Shown here: positions 1-12,271 of the stretch, one piece after another
Layout: each line of letters starts with the position of its first letter
Numbering within the stretch: the first letter of the stretch is position 1
Assembly (NCBI GenBank): GCA_951406725.2
Contig: OX597820.1
Span: 55,118,001-55,182,000, forward strand
DNA length: 64,000 nucleotides
DNA from: Octopus vulgaris
Taxonomy: Eukaryota
Reading direction: 5' to 3'
Notes under the pieces: model-generated
What the model was told of the DNA's origin: nothing
The model's database searches: none
What the model saw: the letters and a program-made list of their open reading frames with translations, nothing else
Translations under genes and position numbers: made by a program

Positions 1-619
1 TAACTGATTTATTAACACTGCAAGCCAAACCAGGAGTCAAGGATACACTTATCCATTTAATAGTTCTGGAGAGAACATAGACCAATTACATTCAGGACAA
101 CTAGACAAGAGGTCAGAAGTTCATGTCTTGCAGTCGACAGTGCATATCTTTGTAGCCAAGACCTATGTAACAATAAGGTACAGTTTACCTAACTGTAAGT
201 AGGTACCACAGTGAGGTACAATCCACTAACTTTATGTATCATAATAACCTACAGGTAAGTATAATCCATTTAGCTGTGAAATTTAATGAACCTAGCTGTA
301 AACATCTCAAGACTTAGCTCTGTGTAGTATCAGAGTTATATCTCTCTCTTCTTCAGTAGCCATTCTTCCAACTGTTAATCTACTGACCGACTGCATCATC
401 TCTAATCTTTTTCTTTACTATCACTGACATCCATGAACCCCGGCCCATTATTGTAAACAACACATACTTCAACCTGATTTTCAAACATTTTTCTTCAACC
501 TGATTTTCAAACATACATCATACTTACCCATGAGATCCAGTTTATCTAGTCTAATAATCATTACTGATATGGACCAACTGGAATGCTAAAGTTTCAAAAC
601 TTGTCACTTCTGTGTCTTT

Positions 620-1300
620 ATCAGATAACTAGATGACATATTTATCCTGCTGACAAAGAGCAGGCTACAAAGAAAAGTATATTTGATAACAAGATAATAA
701 ACATTAACGTTTTATCAACAAGTGAGTTGCACTTAATAGAGATGTCCCAGTGACATTGTTCACAAAAGTTTTACTTCATTTGGAGCCAATGGTCAGCTAC
801 CAGTTGATGTTGGGAGTGGAAATATCAAAAATGAAAACAGTTGTAGAACAGTCATGAATGCAACTTTTTTAATGCCATTGGAAGTTTATCATAGCCTCCC
901 AAAGAATTATAGAAATCATGAGTAACTTTCTGAATATACTATCCTAGCTCCCAAAAATTGTATTATGTAGGATATTAATATTACCACCATTTAATATCCC
1001 AGTCCTGAAGGTGATGTTAATGACACTACCAACTATCCAAAAGAGTTTCAAAGCCACCTCATGATCTGCAACTGAATGTAAGAACACCTATTATGTTACT
1101 ATGAAATTTGGATGCACCAAAATACTGTTATGGGTCAAAAATAATCAAAACTCTTTATGTCTCATGTGATTGAAGCCACTAATTAGGAAGGTTGTGCTAA
1201 GGAAGATGTTACCGTTCCATTCATTTCCAACAGATTTACTATTTCAGTTCAAGTGCCTTCAATTTCCAGTGATGCTGTCTTTTTCCATAACCATCAAGTT
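620..1300 (+). mobile_element. Degenerate Helitron PIF1-like helicase fragment
   Basis: Broken translation gives ILAPKN, PPHDLQL..TPIML, HVIEA and PTDLLFQFKCLQFPVMLSFSITIK, matching Helitron/PIF1 motifs (IPTDLPF.FKRLQFPV.L.F..TINK). Confidence 0.8.
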
Positions 1301-1444
1301 CATGCTTATAACATGGTTAGCATGCTCACATATTAGGCATAGCAGACATCTTATAATCAAAGCTCCAAATTGTAGAAATGCTGTCTATCTCAAATTCTTG
1401 CTGAATAAAACATATTTGGAGCTACTTTTGTTTTATGTTGGATA

Positions 1445-1671
1445 TTAACCCTTCAGCATTAAGATTACTGTCAAATATAATGCTTATTTATTCACATTGT
1501 TTTAAGTCAATCATATATTACTTTGTAGCTTCAAGATTTTGATTGATGAAATTGTATATTTTTAGAATGACATTGTAGGGTAGATGTGAGAGGCTAGATC
1601 TGTCCAGTTTGAACATAAAACAGATAGAATATTTGACCTGGGTATGGCCAATTTGAATGCTAAAGGGTTAA
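1445..1671. mobile_element. TTAA-flanked (piggyBac-type) MITE, family 1
   Basis: TTAA-CCCTTCAGCATT ... AATGCTAAAGGG-TTAA terminal inverted repeats. Related copies near 55189-55623 and 61446-61660. Confidence 0.8.
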
Positions 1672-1939
1672 TTTAGAATTTCAATAAAATAAAGTAAAAT
1701 ATAATGATGGTATTTTATTAAGTCAAAAAAATGATTAACAAAAGCAGACTCAAAAACTACATACATCTCAGAAGCCTGAAAAAATTTAACTTTAGACATA
1801 TATCTGCATTAATGTGTGTGTGTGCAAACACAATTAAGTACATAAATAGCTATGTACTACAGAAAAACTTGCCATAAGTAATTTAACAAATAATGTTCCT
1901 GCATCTCCAGCACATGGGCAATGCCAGATACCTTTGCTA

Positions 1940-1987
<48 letters not shown>

Positions 1988-1988
<1 letters not shown>

Positions 1989-2300
1989 AGAGCACATGGC
2001 TCGGTGGTTAGAGCGTCGAGCTTATGATCCCAGACCGGGCTGCATGTTGTGTTCTTGAGCAAGACACTTTATTTCACGTTGCTCCAGTTCACTCAGCTGT
2101 AGAAATAAGTTGCGACGTCACTGGTGCCAAACTGTATCAGCTGTTGCTTTTCCCTTGGATAACACTGGTGACGTGGAGAGGGGAGGCCAGTATGCATGGG
2201 CAACTGCTGGTCTTCTATAAACAACCTTGCCTTGACTTGTGCCTGGGAGGGTAACTTTCTAGGTGCAATTCCATGGTCAGTCATGACCGAAGGGGGTCCC
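1988..2300 (+). mobile_element. tRNA-derived SINE
   Basis: A-box-like TGGCTCGGTGGTTAGAGCG head and a TTGAGCAAGACACTT central motif. The 3' part matches the inverted neighbour. Confidence 0.7.
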
Positions 2301-2328
2301 AATAGAATATATACATATATATTTTGTA

Positions 2329-2819
2329 ACCCCCTTCATTCATGAATGACCATGGAATTGCACCTAGAATGTTACCCTCCGAGGCACAAGTCTGGGCAAG
2401 GTTGTTTATGGAAGACCAGCAGTTGCCCACGCATACCAGCTTCCCCTCTCCATGCCACCGATGTTATCCAAGGGAAAGGCAAAGGCTGATACAGCTTGGC
2501 ACCAGTGACATCGCAGCTCATTTATTAACGTGCAAGTGGCTGAGCACTCCACAGACACGTGTACCCTTAACATAGTTCTCAGGGAGATTCAGCATGACAC
2601 AGAGTGTGACAAGGCTGGCCCTTTGAAATACAGGTACAACAGAAACAGGAAGAAAGAGTAAGAGAAAGTTGTGGTGAAAAAGTACAGCAGGGTTCACCAC
2701 TACCCCCTGCCGGAGCCTCGTGGAGCTTTAGGTGTTTTCGCTCAATATGCCCGGTCTGAGAATTGAAACCGCAATCCTACGATCATGAGTCTGCTGCCCT
2801 AACCACTGGGCCATTGCGC

Positions 2820-2820
<1 letters not shown>
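2329..2820 (-). mobile_element. tRNA-derived SINE, longer relative of 1988-2300
   Basis: Minus-strand head GGCGCAATGGCCCAGTGGTTAGGGCAG...GGTTTCAATTC and about 200 bp of shared 3' sequence. Confidence 0.72.
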
Positions 2821-2850
<30 letters not shown>

Positions 2851-3234
2851 AATATATATATATATATATTAAAATATATATATATATATATAAAATGAAG
2901 TAGTTTTGGTGAAGCATTGGCTAAAAAAGTGAATATATATTATTCGATTTTTTTATGTCTGTTTTTCCATGTTAGCATGAGAGTAACATATATTATTATT
3001 GAGGCATTGTATTACACCCAGATGCACTTGTCACTAATGTTTATCTGTTTTCAAGTAAGGAATCTCTTACTCAATAAATCTTCAAAGGTGCAAAGCCAAT
3101 GGATGATTTGTTGACAGTAGAAATGACAACAGTGTCACTGTTTGTAGCTCAGAAATTTTCAAAGTGTAAACGTAAATAAACACAGTTACACACACACACA
3201 TGTGTGTGTGTGTGAGTGTGCATGTATGTATGTA

Positions 3235-3456
3235 TACAAAGTGGGTGTGTGAAAAGTTCCTGAATTTGGGTATAAGAAAATACAGGAGGGTCAATTAATT
3301 ATGATTTTATTCAATATATTCCCCTCTCAGATTCACGCACTTATTGCAGTGGTCCTTCAGTTTTTGTAAGCCTAGTAAAAGAACTTGGAACGTTGGGCCT
3401 CCAACCAAACCTTTCATGATACACTTAAAGCCAAGAACTTTTCAGCACCCCCTTGT
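3235..3456. mobile_element. Mariner-type MITE (further copies at about 4090-4252 and 37638-37840)
   Basis: TIR GGGTGTGTGAAAAGTTCCTG ... CAAGAACTTTTCAGCACCCCC. The same internal sequence recurs at two other loci. Confidence 0.75.
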
Positions 3457-3911
3457 GTGTGTATATATATTTAATATGTACAGAGGTATCAAATTATTAG
3501 ACCAGGTGTCATAGCAACAAAAAAAACTAAAAACTAATCAAGAGTCAGCCAGTCATGATTATGTTAGTGTCCTGAAGAAGTACAACACTAATGTATGTCT
3601 GTTTAATGTAATCTCTTGAGAAAGACTCCAGATGCAGAGAGTATACTCAAACATTTTATATTCTAATCTGTCAGCTTATCTTTTGAAAAATGTTTGTGGT
3701 TATCCACAAACTAATCTCACTTTTCATGAAAAATTAGTGAGATCAAAAATAGCTGATCCCTACGAGCAACAAACACCTAAATCCCAATCAGTGTGGCTTT
3801 CAAAAGGGCGGAAGCAGCCTAACAAAGCTTTTACTCCACTTTGATGTCTTAAAGGTTCTGGAAGTGGACTCACTATCTGACACTGAAATCTGTGGAAAAC
3901 TATTGCATGGA

Positions 3912-4460
3912 GTGCAAGCATGGCTGTGTGGTTAAGAAGCTTGCTTTGCAGCCACTTGGCTTCGGGTTCAATCCCACTGTGTGTGACACCTTAGGCAAGT
4001 GTCTTTTACTATAGCCCTAGGTTGACCAATGCCTTGTGAGTGAATTTGGTCAACAAAAACTATTGGAAACATGACATATAAACATCATATAATTATGATT
4101 TTATTCAGCATATTTCCCCTCTCAGATCCACATACTTATTGCAGCAGTCCTTCAGTTTTCCTAAGCCCTGTAAAAGAACTCAGAAGGTTAGACCGCCAAC
4201 TAGGCCTTTTGTGATACCCTTAAAACCAGGAACTTTTCAGCACCTCTTCATATATGCATGTGTGTTTGTCACTGCCCACTGCTTGACAACTGGTGTTGGT
4301 TTGTTTATGTCTCTGTAACTTAGCGGTTTAGCAAAAGACACTGATAGAATAAGTACCAGACTTTAAAATAAGTATTGGAGTTGATTTGATTGACTAAAAC
4401 TCTTCAAAGCAGTGCCTCAGCATGGCTGCATATAATTGACTGAAATAAGTAAAAGATGAA
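3912..4460 (+). mobile_element. CORE-type tRNA SINE (family A) interrupted by a mariner MITE fragment; other copies near 6265, 11418, 22062, 27718, 35461, 40148, 53093, 58328, 61660 (+) and 22690, 27580, 44880 (-)
   Basis: Head TGGCTGTGTGGTTAAG...GGTTCAATCCC followed by CORE-like CACCTTRGGCAAGTGTCTT, recurring throughout the window. Confidence 0.8.
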
Positions 4461-6778
4461 AGATTAAATTGTTTACTGCAAAACATTTCCTTTAGTGACG
4501 TCCACCATGGCAGAATGCTGAACCCACTTCTTATCAATATTTGCCCCTATAACAAGGCAGTGAGCTGGCAGAATCATTAAGCACAGTGGACAAAATGCTC
4601 TATCTTTATACTCTGGGTTTTTTTCTTTTTGTCCTTAGAACTTTCCAGTCAAGAGATCCAGATGTCTTCACACTGCCACTTTCTATTTTTACAGAGTTTC
4701 GCTTGGAATACTGTTACCGCATGTAGTCTTCTAGAGCAAAATATGATAATTAAGACACTTAAGATGATAATCACAAAAATTAACTGTAATAACAGGCCTT
4801 GATTACTGGAACTGCCTAAAAAATTCCAGACTATTTTCTCTGCTGCTATCATGAGTGCTCTACCACAAGGCCCCATCCTTGATGTAGTGCAGAGGCTGTG
4901 TGCCTCAGTGACCATGGGAGCCATGCAAATACTTCTGTGTATGTAAAACTTCATCATCATCATCTTTTAATGTCTGTCTTACATGTTGGTAGGAATTGAA
5001 TTGTCTGACAGAATCCAGTGGGTCAGAGGACTGCATACTGCCCCATTGTCTGCCTTGGCACGGTTTCTCCAGCTTGATGCACATTCTAATGTTGACCGCT
5101 TTACAAAGTGTACTGGCTATTCATTGCACCAGCACTAGCAAAGATGTCATGTAACGCACAAGACTAAGATCTATAGTGGATGAGAGGGCTATAGCAGATA
5201 GAAGAGGCAATTTTATGCAAATTGATAGAAAGGTTAGTGTATGAAGGAAGGACTTGAAACAGATTTCTTGCTGCAGAAGAGATACATAGCTGTTTATATT
5301 ATACAAGAATGGGGAAGGGGGAGTAATCAGTGTGGAGTTGGAAAGCGAAATAAAGATATGGTAACAAGATGTCAGAGTGGGCTTTGGAGATGGGGGTAGA
5401 AGAACTGAATGAGAGGGTGGACAGAGGTAGCAAGAGTGTATTGAGAGCAAGGGATGGTAAGAAATGGGGTAGAGGTGCAAATATACTGAATGATGCACAA
5501 GAGCTGAGGTGGAGGGGTTGTCCATGATAAAATATGAGTTGGATGGTAAGTAAGAGAGAGAAGATAATGAGATTGGGAAAGATATAGGGGTGACTGCAGT
5601 GAATGGGTAATCAGTGATATATATGAATTTGGGAGTAGGTGCTGACTGACTGTAAAAAAGAGGTAAAGAGTGGCAGGATAGAGAGAAAGAGGTGATGTAT
5701 GGATGTGTGGGTTGTAAGAGTGTGAGTGGAGAGAAAGACAATGCATGGGAGAGTAAAGAAAGAGAGAGAGATGTATGGTGATATGGGTCAATCAATAGGA
5801 GGTGGTTCAATGGAAAGGGAGAGAGAGAAATAATTTAGATGCATAGAAGAGTGGAACGATCAATGTAAAATCTGAAGGAAGACAGACAATATAAGAATGA
5901 AGGATGAAGGTCAACTGAGGATATTCTGGATAGTAAGAAAAATAACTGGTATTACAGAAAAGATGATAAAATTTGCATTTCTGCCCTCATTTAATTACAG
6001 TTGCAGAATGCTGCAACTGGTAAGTGATGGTGAGATCAGTGATAAGGAACAAACTGGTGGAAGGAAGATTAGATAAGGGAACTAAGTGAGGGGCTCAATG
6101 TAGATATTTTGCTTTCAGAATCTCAATTTCCCTAAGATGGTCAGGTCATCTTGAGCACCACATGACATTGAAATTTCTAGTTCTTTGTCATCTCTTCTAT
6201 AAGGTAATAAAGCTACTCAGGAGATCTAATTAGCAGTGGAGGAGGTTTTGCCTGAAAGTATAGGCTTCCCAACCATGTGGTCTTGAGTTTACTCCCACTG
6301 CATGGCACCTTAGGCAAGTGTCTTCTGCTATAGCCCCAGACCAACCAAAGCCTTGTGAGTAGATTCAGATGACAGAAACTGAAAATAGCTCAGTGTGTGT
6401 GTGAGTGCATTTACACACACACACATATATATATTACTTTTTAACAAACAGATGAGTGTTGGCAACAGAAAGGGCATTTGGCTAGAAAATTTGCCTCAAC
6501 AAATTCTGATCCATGCAAATGTGGACATAAAATGATGATGATGATGACAACAGTTATCAGAATAAGAACAAGATGGAGAAAGTTCAGAAAGCGATTACCT
6601 CTGTTGGTAACAAGTTTCTCTCTCATAATGAAAGGCAGATTGTATGTTTTTATACAAATACCTACCTGTGATTTTGATAAAATCTATATCCTATCATTGC
6701 TCCTGTACATTTGCCACATACAAAGTCTACCTTCTCTGGTAACCTGCCTATGATATTACTGATCTATCTCTAGCTGTC

Positions 6779-7006
6779 TTAACCCTTTCATTACCAACCT
6801 GGCTGAAACTGGCTCTAGCTCTGAATACAAATGTCTTGTTTTCATAAGTTTTGAATTAAAATCTTCCACCAAACCTTAGTCACAATTTATGTTCCTAACA
6901 CTAGCTGAATGATAACTAAGTAATCTTACTAAATTTTTTGTTATATTTAAAATAATTGAAAGAAATACAGAGCATCTCAAAATAAATACAATAACGAAAG
7001 GGTTAA
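6779..7006. mobile_element. TTAA-flanked MITE, family 2
   Basis: TTAA-CCCTTTCATTA ... TAACGAAAGGG-TTAA. The interior differs from family 1. Confidence 0.78.
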
Positions 7007-7426
7007 TGACCACTAGATCATAGAGTGAGGTACTCTGTTGAAGGTTTTCTGCAGGTCAGTGATTGCCCAAGTACATCAGTTTACTTTTAACCAAGTACTT
7101 CTCCAACATTTGCTTCATTGAGAATAGATACAGATATAAAGATGTAGAGAGTTAAGCAGTGTTTCATTTCATTTCCTTTGGAAAAACCTTTTAAACCTGT
7201 ATATAAATAAAAACTCACTGCTCATTGCTGCACATAGCAGATAGAATTACAATTATTGGAAGGCAGTGAGCTGGCAGAACATATTGGACCAAATGCTTTG
7301 TGGCATTCCTTAGCAGCTTCCTTCCACTCCACCGAATTACTGGCCTTGTGCAAAAATTAGAAAGAATCACCATCATCGTCATTAATATACTGTTCTGTAC
7401 TCTACCAAGAACTTCATATTCTCATA

Positions 7427-7469
<43 letters not shown>

Positions 7470-8442
7470 CGTGCGTGCAATGTGTAATGTTGACATTACA
7501 CAGAGATGCTTGTCATTTTCTAGCTGAGATGATACGAAGTTTCCATTCCCTGTTGACATTCCAACCAGTTGCTCTGCGCTTTCAAAAACCAGTGGAGTAA
7601 AAAAGTTTATTTATTTTGTAAAACACGTAAGGGAGGGTGACAGGAAGGGATCTTGCCATAAAATGCAACCTCAAATAAATTCCCATCCAACCCATGCCAA
7701 CAAAATAAAACCGACGCTAAGCGAAGGAACAAACGAATTGAACTAAATTCAGCATATCGGTTTTAATTGCGTTACGTCTAGTGTGTGTATTGATCTAGAA
7801 AACGTTGAGAAATTGTGCCTTTCTAACAACAAAATAGTTACTGGAAATTTCACTTATTAGATTTGTATATTTACATTGAATTGAAAATGATAATTAAAAT
7901 TAATAGCTTTGTGTTGATAGGCGCTGTTTACCCAGATATACCACATCCCGAAGAATAAATGCGTATATATTGTATTCTTATTATTTATTAGTTCATAATT
8001 GAAATTTACATGTTTCAGATTTTATTAAGAGATCATCTTATTAAAAGAGTAATTACAATTTCTAGGGGTAGGGCTCGAACTACCTACACGTTGGTTACCA
8101 GTTGAACGGACTAACCGACTACGCTATTCGTTTACAAGAAAACGCATCCATCCCACCACGAAGAACAATATAAAGTAGAAATATAAATAAACATAATATA
8201 ACAAATAATAATAATAACGATGAAGATTTTGGCTTTTGATAAAAATTAATAACCAATAAATTTATTACGGGTATTATTAGGTAATTATCGCATATTAAAT
8301 ACAAAACAATTTTTTAGAAATTATTTTAAAAACTACATCTATTTGACAAAAAAAAAAAAAAAAAAAATACAGCGTCCTCACACATACAAGCAGTTCCTTG
8401 CTGCTGCACACAAGCATCATAATAATACTTGTCTACAGACGG

Positions 8443-8452
8443 CAAGATGGCG
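8443..8452 (+). promoter_or_regulatory. YY1-like motif overlapping the putative start codon, probable promoter/5'UTR just upstream
   Basis: CAAGATGGCG matches the YY1 core AAGATGGCG. The region around 7700-8480 retains more CpGs and has fewer repeats than its flanks. Confidence 0.45.
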
Positions 8453-8483
8453 ACAGCAAACGGAGCTTCGAACAAGAAAAAAG
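8447..8483 (+). CDS. Probable first coding exon of the ankyrin-repeat/SOCS-box gene (MATANGASNKKK + G, phase 1)
   Basis: ATG in strong context (CAAGATGGCG) in a non-repetitive, relatively CpG-rich stretch. The frame hits TAG two codons later unless spliced at AAAG|GCTAGT. The leftover G plus AT at 18330 gives Asp and an open frame (KKK-D-YRLRRQKRQQ). Needs a GC donor. Confidence 0.6.
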
Positions 8484-8989
8484 GCTAGTTTGCATCTTTT
8501 GTTAATTGCCTGTTACTATAAATAATAATTTCATCTCATATTTTTATTGATTTAATGGAACAGTTTTGTATTTCATTACGATCATATACAAATGGTGATT
8601 ATATGTGTAAATAGGTTCGAAAGACACGCAAAATTTTATTTTGATATGTATGTATGTATATATACCATTTTATGTTAACGAGGTTAGCATATAAAACTAG
8701 ACGAATACAGGGATATTTTTAGTATATAAAAACTGGGCTCACATTGATTTCATGTATTATTGCATATGTGTGCGTATATAAAAATAGAATATATACATGA
8801 GTGTAATATGTATTTTGTCTTGAGAAATTATTCTGTACAAGACCAAAGATTTACAAGTACAACATATATACATATATATAAATAGATCTATATAATTTGG
8901 ATCGCTTGTTTGCACACATACTCATAAAAACAAAAATAACAAAAACGAATCAAACAAATTGGAACAGTATGTGTTTATATTAATGTATA

Positions 8990-9460
8990 TATAATTGTGT
9001 GTGTGGTATATATACAAACAAACAAACCTATATGCACATAGATATGTATTTATGCATATATATCTATATAGATGTGTGCACATGTGTATATATATACACA
9101 TGTATATTTATATATATATTTACGTGTGTGCATGTATATGTGCACTTGAGTATGCACATATGTATATATGCATATGTATATACATATGCATATGTATATA
9201 TATGCATATAAATGTATGTATTTATATACATGTGCATGTTTTCATATTTATACACGAACACATATGCACATTATATTTACAATTATGCGTAAATATGTAT
9301 ACATATATGCATACGTATGTGTATATGCATGCATATTTGTATGTATAATGCATATTTAAGTATATGTATATATGCATGTATACGTGTGTCTATATGAATG
9401 TGTGTATGCATACATATATGCATATATATTACGTATGTACATGTGTGTATATGTATACAT
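8990..9460. repeat. Degenerate (TA/TG/CA)n microsatellite
   Basis: Alternating purine-pyrimidine low-complexity tract. Confidence 0.9.
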
Positions 9461-10447
9461 ATACCATCATTTATTGTTCCTGTTCCATGCTGGGATGCGT
9501 TGAACTGTCTAGGATCCAATGGCTCCAGCAACAGTATTGTGTTCCTCTCTCTAATGGCATGGCTTTTCACAGCATGATGCCCTTTTTAATGCCAACCACT
9601 TAAAGTGTATACTGGGCGCTTTTGCATGTCACCATAACTTTAGAGGAGTGGTCATGCAGCCTGCATGACTATGAACTCTAAGTAAGGCAGTTGTATGCTT
9701 GATATGGGGGTTAAGGTATAAGAAAGGAAGAAAAAAAACACAGCAGAAAGCTTTCCAGTTGTAGAGTAACTATGTGGCTACTCATATTTTTGAAGAGCAG
9801 GTGATGGTGATCTGCATGAAGCTGGGAGGAGATAAAAATAGTGGGGGTGAATTGTCTGGGTGGACCTTCAAGATATGAAGTGGGCAGATGTGAGTTGGAT
9901 GGAACTAGAACTGTCGGTTGAGGTTGCAAGTTTGATGGGAGAGTGAGAGATGGGGAATGGGTAAAGAATGAATATAATTTATGAAGAGCAAATTTAGGGG
10001 AGGTAGGGAAGAGTAGGTGGCAATTATAAAGATTGGATGGGGTTGAGGGGGTAGATTTGAATTGTGGATAAGGGTGGGAAGTGACAAATATCGCATAGGA
10101 GTGAAGAGCAACAGAATAGTAATGATGATAGAGTAAACAAAGAAAGGATATGAAAGAGAGATGTGGTTGGGTGTGTTGCAAGAATGTAGTGGGCTGGAGA
10201 GGCAAATGTAGTACAAGGAGACAGTGAGAGACGTACAGTGGCGGAGGAGAGATAATCTGGAGGATTAGGTGAGCTAATCAGTGCAAAATGTGGATGGAGA
10301 GGACAGTATAAATGATGAGGGGTGGATATCAATTGAAATGGTTCTAGGAAGTTTGAAATATTAGTGGTATTAAGGAAGAATTTCAGTCTGAGAGATGGTG
10401 GTGCGTCTTGAGGGGGGAAATGGAAATTATATATATATATTGTATTT

Positions 10448-10678
10448 CAGTATGGTAATTTTTTTTTTTCCAAACAAACAGATGCTCTGCTTATTCTGTT
10501 CTCTGAGAATGGAGCAAGAGCACACACAAAGACAGAAAGTGTCACTGAGGAGGTCACAGATGTGTGACGAAAGATTTCCGGACAATGGACCTTAGTTAGA
10601 ATAAGAACAGCAATAAATGAGTAAAGAACGAATATATAGTGCATGTGTTTATTTGGCAAAAAAAAAATGACCATCCTG
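10448..10678. mobile_element. MITE with about 45-bp terminal inverted repeats
   Basis: Left TATTTCAGTATGGTAATTTTTTTTTTCCAAACAAACAGATGC versus reverse complement of right TATTTCAGGATGGTCATTTTTTTTTTGCCAAATAAACACATGC. Confidence 0.75.
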
Positions 10679-10824
10679 AAATATAACAATATCTGTTTCC
10701 ACATACGACTTCACATCAGGAATCTTGAAATACAGATTTATATATATATATATATGCATTAATTTGCATGCATATATATATATATATATATACACACATG
10801 CCATTGTGTGTGTATATATATATG

Positions 10825-11300
10825 GCCAGAGCCCCCTGACTGGCTCTCGTGCTGGTGGCATGTAAAAAGCACCATCCAAACATGGTCGATGTGAGGTCCA
10901 CCTGACTGGCTCCCATGCTGGTGGCATGTAAAAAGCACCATCCAAACATGGCCGATGCCAGTACCCCCTGACTAGCTCTTGTGCTGGTGGCATGTAAAAA
11001 GCACCATCTGAACGTAGCCGATGCCAGTACCCACTGACTGGCTCCCGTGCTGGTGGCATGTAAAAAGCACTATCCAAATGTGATCGATGCTAGGCCTGTC
11101 TGACTGGCTCCTGTGCCAGTGGTATGTAAAAAGCACCCACTACACTCTTGGAGTGGTTGACATTAGGAAGGGTATCCAGCTCTAGAAACATTGCCAGATC
11201 AGATTGGAGCCTAGTGCAGCCGCTGGCTCTCCAGACCTCAGTCAAACCGTCCAACCCATGCCAGCATGAAAAACAGACATTAAGCGATGATGATGATGAT
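10825..11300 (+). mobile_element. Family C SINE-like element with five 66-bp tandem modules and (GAT)n tail
   Basis: GTGCTGGTGGCATGTAAAAAGCACC-type motif at 10849, 10915, 10981, 11047 and 11113, then the TGGTTGRCATTAGGAAGGG...AACCCATGCCAGCATGG...(GAT)n tail. Confidence 0.85.
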
Positions 11301-11965
11301 ATATGTATGTATATGTACATGTGTGTATATATACATATAAGCATATATATGTGTGCATATATACTTATATATGTGTGTACTCATATATATATGTGTATAT
11401 ACATGCATGGATATGTAGGCATGTCTCTAGTGAAGAAGCTCCCTATGTAAGCATGTGGTTTCAGGTTCAGTCCCACTGTATGTCACCTTGGCAAGTGTCT
11501 TCAACTTACTAATGCTTGAGGTCAGCCATTGCCTTGTGAGTAGATGGAAACTGTGTGGAAGCCTATCACATGTGTGTGTGTGTATGTGTACCTTTGTGTT
11601 TGTCATTTCCCATTACTTGACAACTGGTGTTAGTTTGTGTCTGTCTCAGTAACTTAGCAGTTGAGCAAAAAAGACTGATAAGTACCAGGCTTAAAAATGA
11701 CATGAGCAACAGGGGGTGCCCCAGCACCTACTGTCAAATGACTGAAACAAGTGAAAAATAGATATGCATGCATAGGTATGTGTATATATATATATATATA
11801 TATATGCACATATACTTACATATAGATATGAACTTACGTGTGCATATATACACGGGAATTTGATAAACTGAAAGTTTCTGTATAGCTCACATTTGGCAGC
11901 TCGAGTTACTAAGAATAAATTGCTATTATTCCATATGTGTATGAATGCATATACATGAAAGGGTG

Positions 11966-12002
<37 letters not shown>

Positions 12003-12271
12003 CCCACTTATGCGTACCTTCCCTTCATTGAACACTGCTTGCAAAGACCTCTTGGAGTGGTTGGCGTTAAGAAGGGCATCCAGCTGTAGAAACTCTGCCA
12101 GATCAAGATTGGAGCCTGGTGCAGCCATCTGGTTCGCCAGTCTTCAATCAAATCGTCCAGCCCATGCTAGCATGGAAAGCGGACGTTAAACGATGATGAT
12201 GATGATATACATATATGTGTCGATATCTATGTATACTTTTGTATATACATGTACTCATGTATATATATATA

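Noticed and set aside
467-514. 22-bp direct repeat, and similarly the 39-bp tandem at about 32519-32597
   Set aside because: Simple local slippage duplications with no further structure.
5121-5810. 229-aa and other long minus-strand ORFs (also 9711-10332)
   Set aside because: They arise from stop-poor C/T-rich low-complexity sequence and show no domain motifs.
8064-8130. tRNA-like sequence on the minus strand (TAGCGTAGTCGG...GTTCGAGCC)
   Set aside because: A- and B-box-like motifs are present but I could not build a proper acceptor stem. It is more likely a decayed SINE head, and tRNAscan-SE would decide.
8995-9603. ORFs rich in Y/I/C/H/M (also 48518-49118, 46480-46852, 60923-61195)
   Set aside because: These are translations of microsatellites.
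10482-10595. Possible extra exon after a T-rich tract and CAG
   Set aside because: The acceptor-like sequence is the left TIR of a MITE and there is no convincing donor.
10649-11077. 142-aa ORF with 22-aa repeats, and similar ORFs at 27995-28812 and 40296-40620
   Set aside because: These are by-products of the 66-bp module repeats and have no splice or start context.
10825-11140. CRISPR-like repeat-spacer array (also 28390-28670)
   Set aside because: The 'spacers' are homologous to each other, there are no cas genes, the context is eukaryotic and the array is embedded in a SINE-like element.
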